Part shown: piece after piece, positions 24,760-26,670 of the stretch
Position numbering within the stretch: the stretch's first letter is position 1
Layout of the letters: each line of letters starts with the position of its first letter
Source: an uncultured euryarchaeote
Lineage (GTDB): Archaea > Thermoplasmatota > Poseidoniia > Poseidoniales > Poseidoniaceae
DNA length: 26,670 bases
Assembly: GCA_937899865.1 (NCBI GenBank)
Contig: CALBRH010000015.1
Span: 1-26,670 of the forward strand
Direction: 5' to 3'
Notes under the pieces: model-generated
The model's database searches: none
What the model saw: the letters and a program-made list of their open reading frames with translations, nothing else
What the model was told of the DNA's origin: nothing
Position numbers and translations under genes: made by a program

Positions 24760-25950
24760 ATGGCCACCGTCAACGATGTTGTTGAAATCGTGGTCGTAAG
24801 CATGCGAGATGCCTTTCTGGCCGTGACTGTTTTCGTTGCTGCCATGGTATTGCTATTCAGTTGGTTGCAGTATGCAACCAGTGGTCGTTTTGTTGAATAT
24901 ATTCGAGAGAAGAAGAAATTACAACCCGTGATTGGTGCATTAATGGGTTTGACACCTGGCTGTGGCGGCGCCATTGTCATGATGCCAATGTATGCGCGTG
25001 GCTATGTGACATACGGAACAGTTGTGGCTACCTTAATCGCTACATTAGGTGATTCAGCCTTCGTATTGATTGGTGCTGCAGTCACCGATTCCAGTTTCAT
25101 TACACCCCTGCTGGCAGTTCACGCTATCTCATTCTTTGTCGGTGTCACATGGGGATATTTGGTTGACATGGCCGGCATAACTCCTCGCACACCATTAGGA
25201 CGCTTCGGTCCTACTATTTGGCAAGAAGAACCTCAAGTTGAGCCCGAGGGCGAATCGCCACTGGATGATCTTTCACGTGAAGTTCCCGAGGGGCTTGGAT
25301 ACAAGATTTTACATCAAGGTTATGTTTTATGGTGGATAGTTACCTTATTTGGTCTGGTTTTCGCTATTCTGTTACTGGTGTGGTCGGGCCAAGATCCAGA
25401 TTACAACTTGGAACTATCTTACAACCCATTTACACTTGATGGTTTCATAACATGGATTGGTCTTATTGGAACCATCTTTTCTGTGGTTCTCTATGTGGCA
25501 CAGAAGAATTGGTTTGCTGATGATACTGAAGCGACCATTGGTGATAAATTGCATTCTGGGCGAGAGACCATGGTGCATGCTGCAAGTGAAACCGCATTTG
25601 TCACATTTTGGGTGATGATCGCTTACTTAGCGTTTGAATTCATGTTGTTGTTTAGTGGGCTCTCTGAACAAGATATGGCCAATTATGGCGACGGGATGAT
25701 TGCAGTCACAGTGGCAGCTATCATTGGAGTGATTCCAGGTTGTGGACCACAAATCATAGCCATTACAGCGTATACGAAGGAGATAATTTCATTCCCAGCA
25801 CTGGCCGCTAATGCCATCAGCCAGGACGGGGATGCCTTGTTCCCATTGTTGGTTCGTCACAAAGCTGCTAGCCTTTGGGCAACAGTTCACACCACGATTC
25901 CAGCAATTATCGCAGGAATCGTATTGTTTGTCGCTGGCGTGAATCTCTGA
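24760..25950 (+). CDS. Putative manganese/heavy-metal permease (ArsP_2/DUF2899-like)
   Basis: Multi-TM protein with duplicated halves: 'GLTPGCGG'/'GVIPGCGP' and 'ATLGDSAF'/'SQDGDALF'. Confidence 0.78.
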   Translation: MATVNDVVEIVVVSMRDAFLAVTVFVAAMVLLFSWLQYATSGRFVEYIREKKKLQPVIGALMGLTPGCGGAIVMMPMYARGYVTYGTVVATLIATLGDSAFVLIGAAVTDSSFITPLLAVHAISFFVGVTWGYLVDMAGITPRTPLGRFGPTIWQEEPQVEPEGESPLDDLSREVPEGLGYKILHQGYVLWWIVTLFGLVFAILLLVWSGQDPDYNLELSYNPFTLDGFITWIGLIGTIFSVVLYVAQKNWFADDTEATIGDKLHSGRETMVHAASETAFVTFWVMIAYLAFEFMLLFSGLSEQDMANYGDGMIAVTVAAIIGVIPGCGPQIIAITAYTKEIISFPALAANAISQDGDALFPLLVRHKAASLWATVHTTIPAIIAGIVLFVAGVNL

Positions 25951-25960
25951 GCAATGGGTA

Positions 25961-25976
25961 CCGTCTGCTCGGACGG
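25961..25976 (+). terminator. Small GC-rich hairpin after the permease stop
   Basis: CCGTC-tgctcg-GACGG, 10 nt after TGA. There is no U-tract, so a terminator role is uncertain. Confidence 0.25.
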
Positions 25977-26067
25977 GTAAGCAAAGGGGACCCCTCTGAT
26001 TCTTACTGCTCGAGAAAGATTTGAAACAAGATATCTGCTAAGCACAATCATGGCGGGAGAAAAACAT

Positions 26068-26649
26068 TCAGAAGATGCTTACTTCATTGCTTATTTCTAT
26101 CCCCCTAAATTTTGCCCTTAACCGTAATGCATTCTTTGATTCTTCTTCATTTAAATGTTGGATTTTATAGGATGGTAAGATTGAGAGCCTACTCTGAAGA
26201 TCGTTTATAATAAATCCTGAATTAGCGACCTTTGAACTTGATGATGTTACTAAAGATAATTTTCTGTCTAAAAGCTGATTACATAAGTCAAAAATAGCAA
26301 GCTCCCATTCTTTTTTTCCTGCGCATAAATCAATGTCATCAATACAAACAATATTCCTGCTAGACAGATCCTGAATAACATGAGGATCATGGCTAATTAA
26401 TTCTTTCATTGGAATATAAACACAATTATTTACCATGTTGTCACTGACAGCTTGAAGCAAATGACTTTTTCCTGATGCAGTTTCCCCCCATAACCAAAAA
26501 CCATCAAATCTATCTGATGATCCATCTAATTCTGATAGAAGTTGATATATTTCTTGGTTTTTTGCTGGAAAGAAACTTTCAAAAACAGCAAAAATAAGAA
26601 ACCTTTTTGCTAAAGGTTCAGATGTTTCTTGGAAACAAATGAGAAACAC
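26068..26649 (-). pseudogene. hda: Truncated bacterial DnaA regulatory inactivator Hda-like fragment
   Basis: 'FESFF...NQ', Walker A 'GETASGKSHLLQA', Walker B 'CIDDID', 'WELAIFDLCN', 'DLQSRL', 'LRAKFRGIEISNEV'. It stops about 40 aa short of a typical Hda C-terminus and lacks the N-terminal QLxL clamp-binding motif. Confidence 0.8.
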
Positions 26650-26670
26650 TTACGACCTTAAATCACCAGC

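Noticed and set aside
356-24980. Numerous 60-125 aa ORFs antisense to or nested in annotated genes
   Set aside because: Shadow ORFs of well-supported genes, with no motifs or SD support.
3236-26649. purM-hda linkage as in Gammaproteobacteria
   Set aside because: The genes are about 22 kb apart with archaeal genes between, and differ in composition; likely coincidence.

Overview
Mostly archaeal chromosomal DNA. Gene content (archaeal uS13/uS4/uS11/RpoD, MCM, GatE, Pth2, a PGF-CTERM protein) and roughly 35-40% GC suggest Thermoplasmatota, probably Marine Group II/Ca. Poseidoniales; the lineage is an inference. Order: 3' part of a THUMP-like protein; rps13-rps4-rps11-rpoD; convergent esterase-purM; a divergent intergenic region with a strong ORB-like element directly upstream of mcm; a tightly coupled + strand run mcm-gatE-[beta-propeller/TM-hairpin/DUF4430 fusion]-[CbrT-like ECF S component]-pth2-pth2-ltaE; a surface thioredoxin/Omp28-like PGF-CTERM protein; a coupled AddB/AddA (AdnAB)-like helicase-nuclease pair; methyltransferase and DsrE-like genes; a higher-GC putative Mn/heavy-metal permease; and a truncated low-GC bacterial Hda fragment that looks chimeric. 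Best leads: (1) a candidate corrinoid (B12) capture module with an unusual double-extracellular fusion protein, (2) an ORB at the mcm promoter with no cdc6 in the window, (3) bacterial-type AddAB end resection in an archaeon, (4) tandem divergent Pth2 paralogs. No rRNA, tRNA, CRISPR array or transposase was recognised. All family calls come from motif recognition by eye, not database searches.
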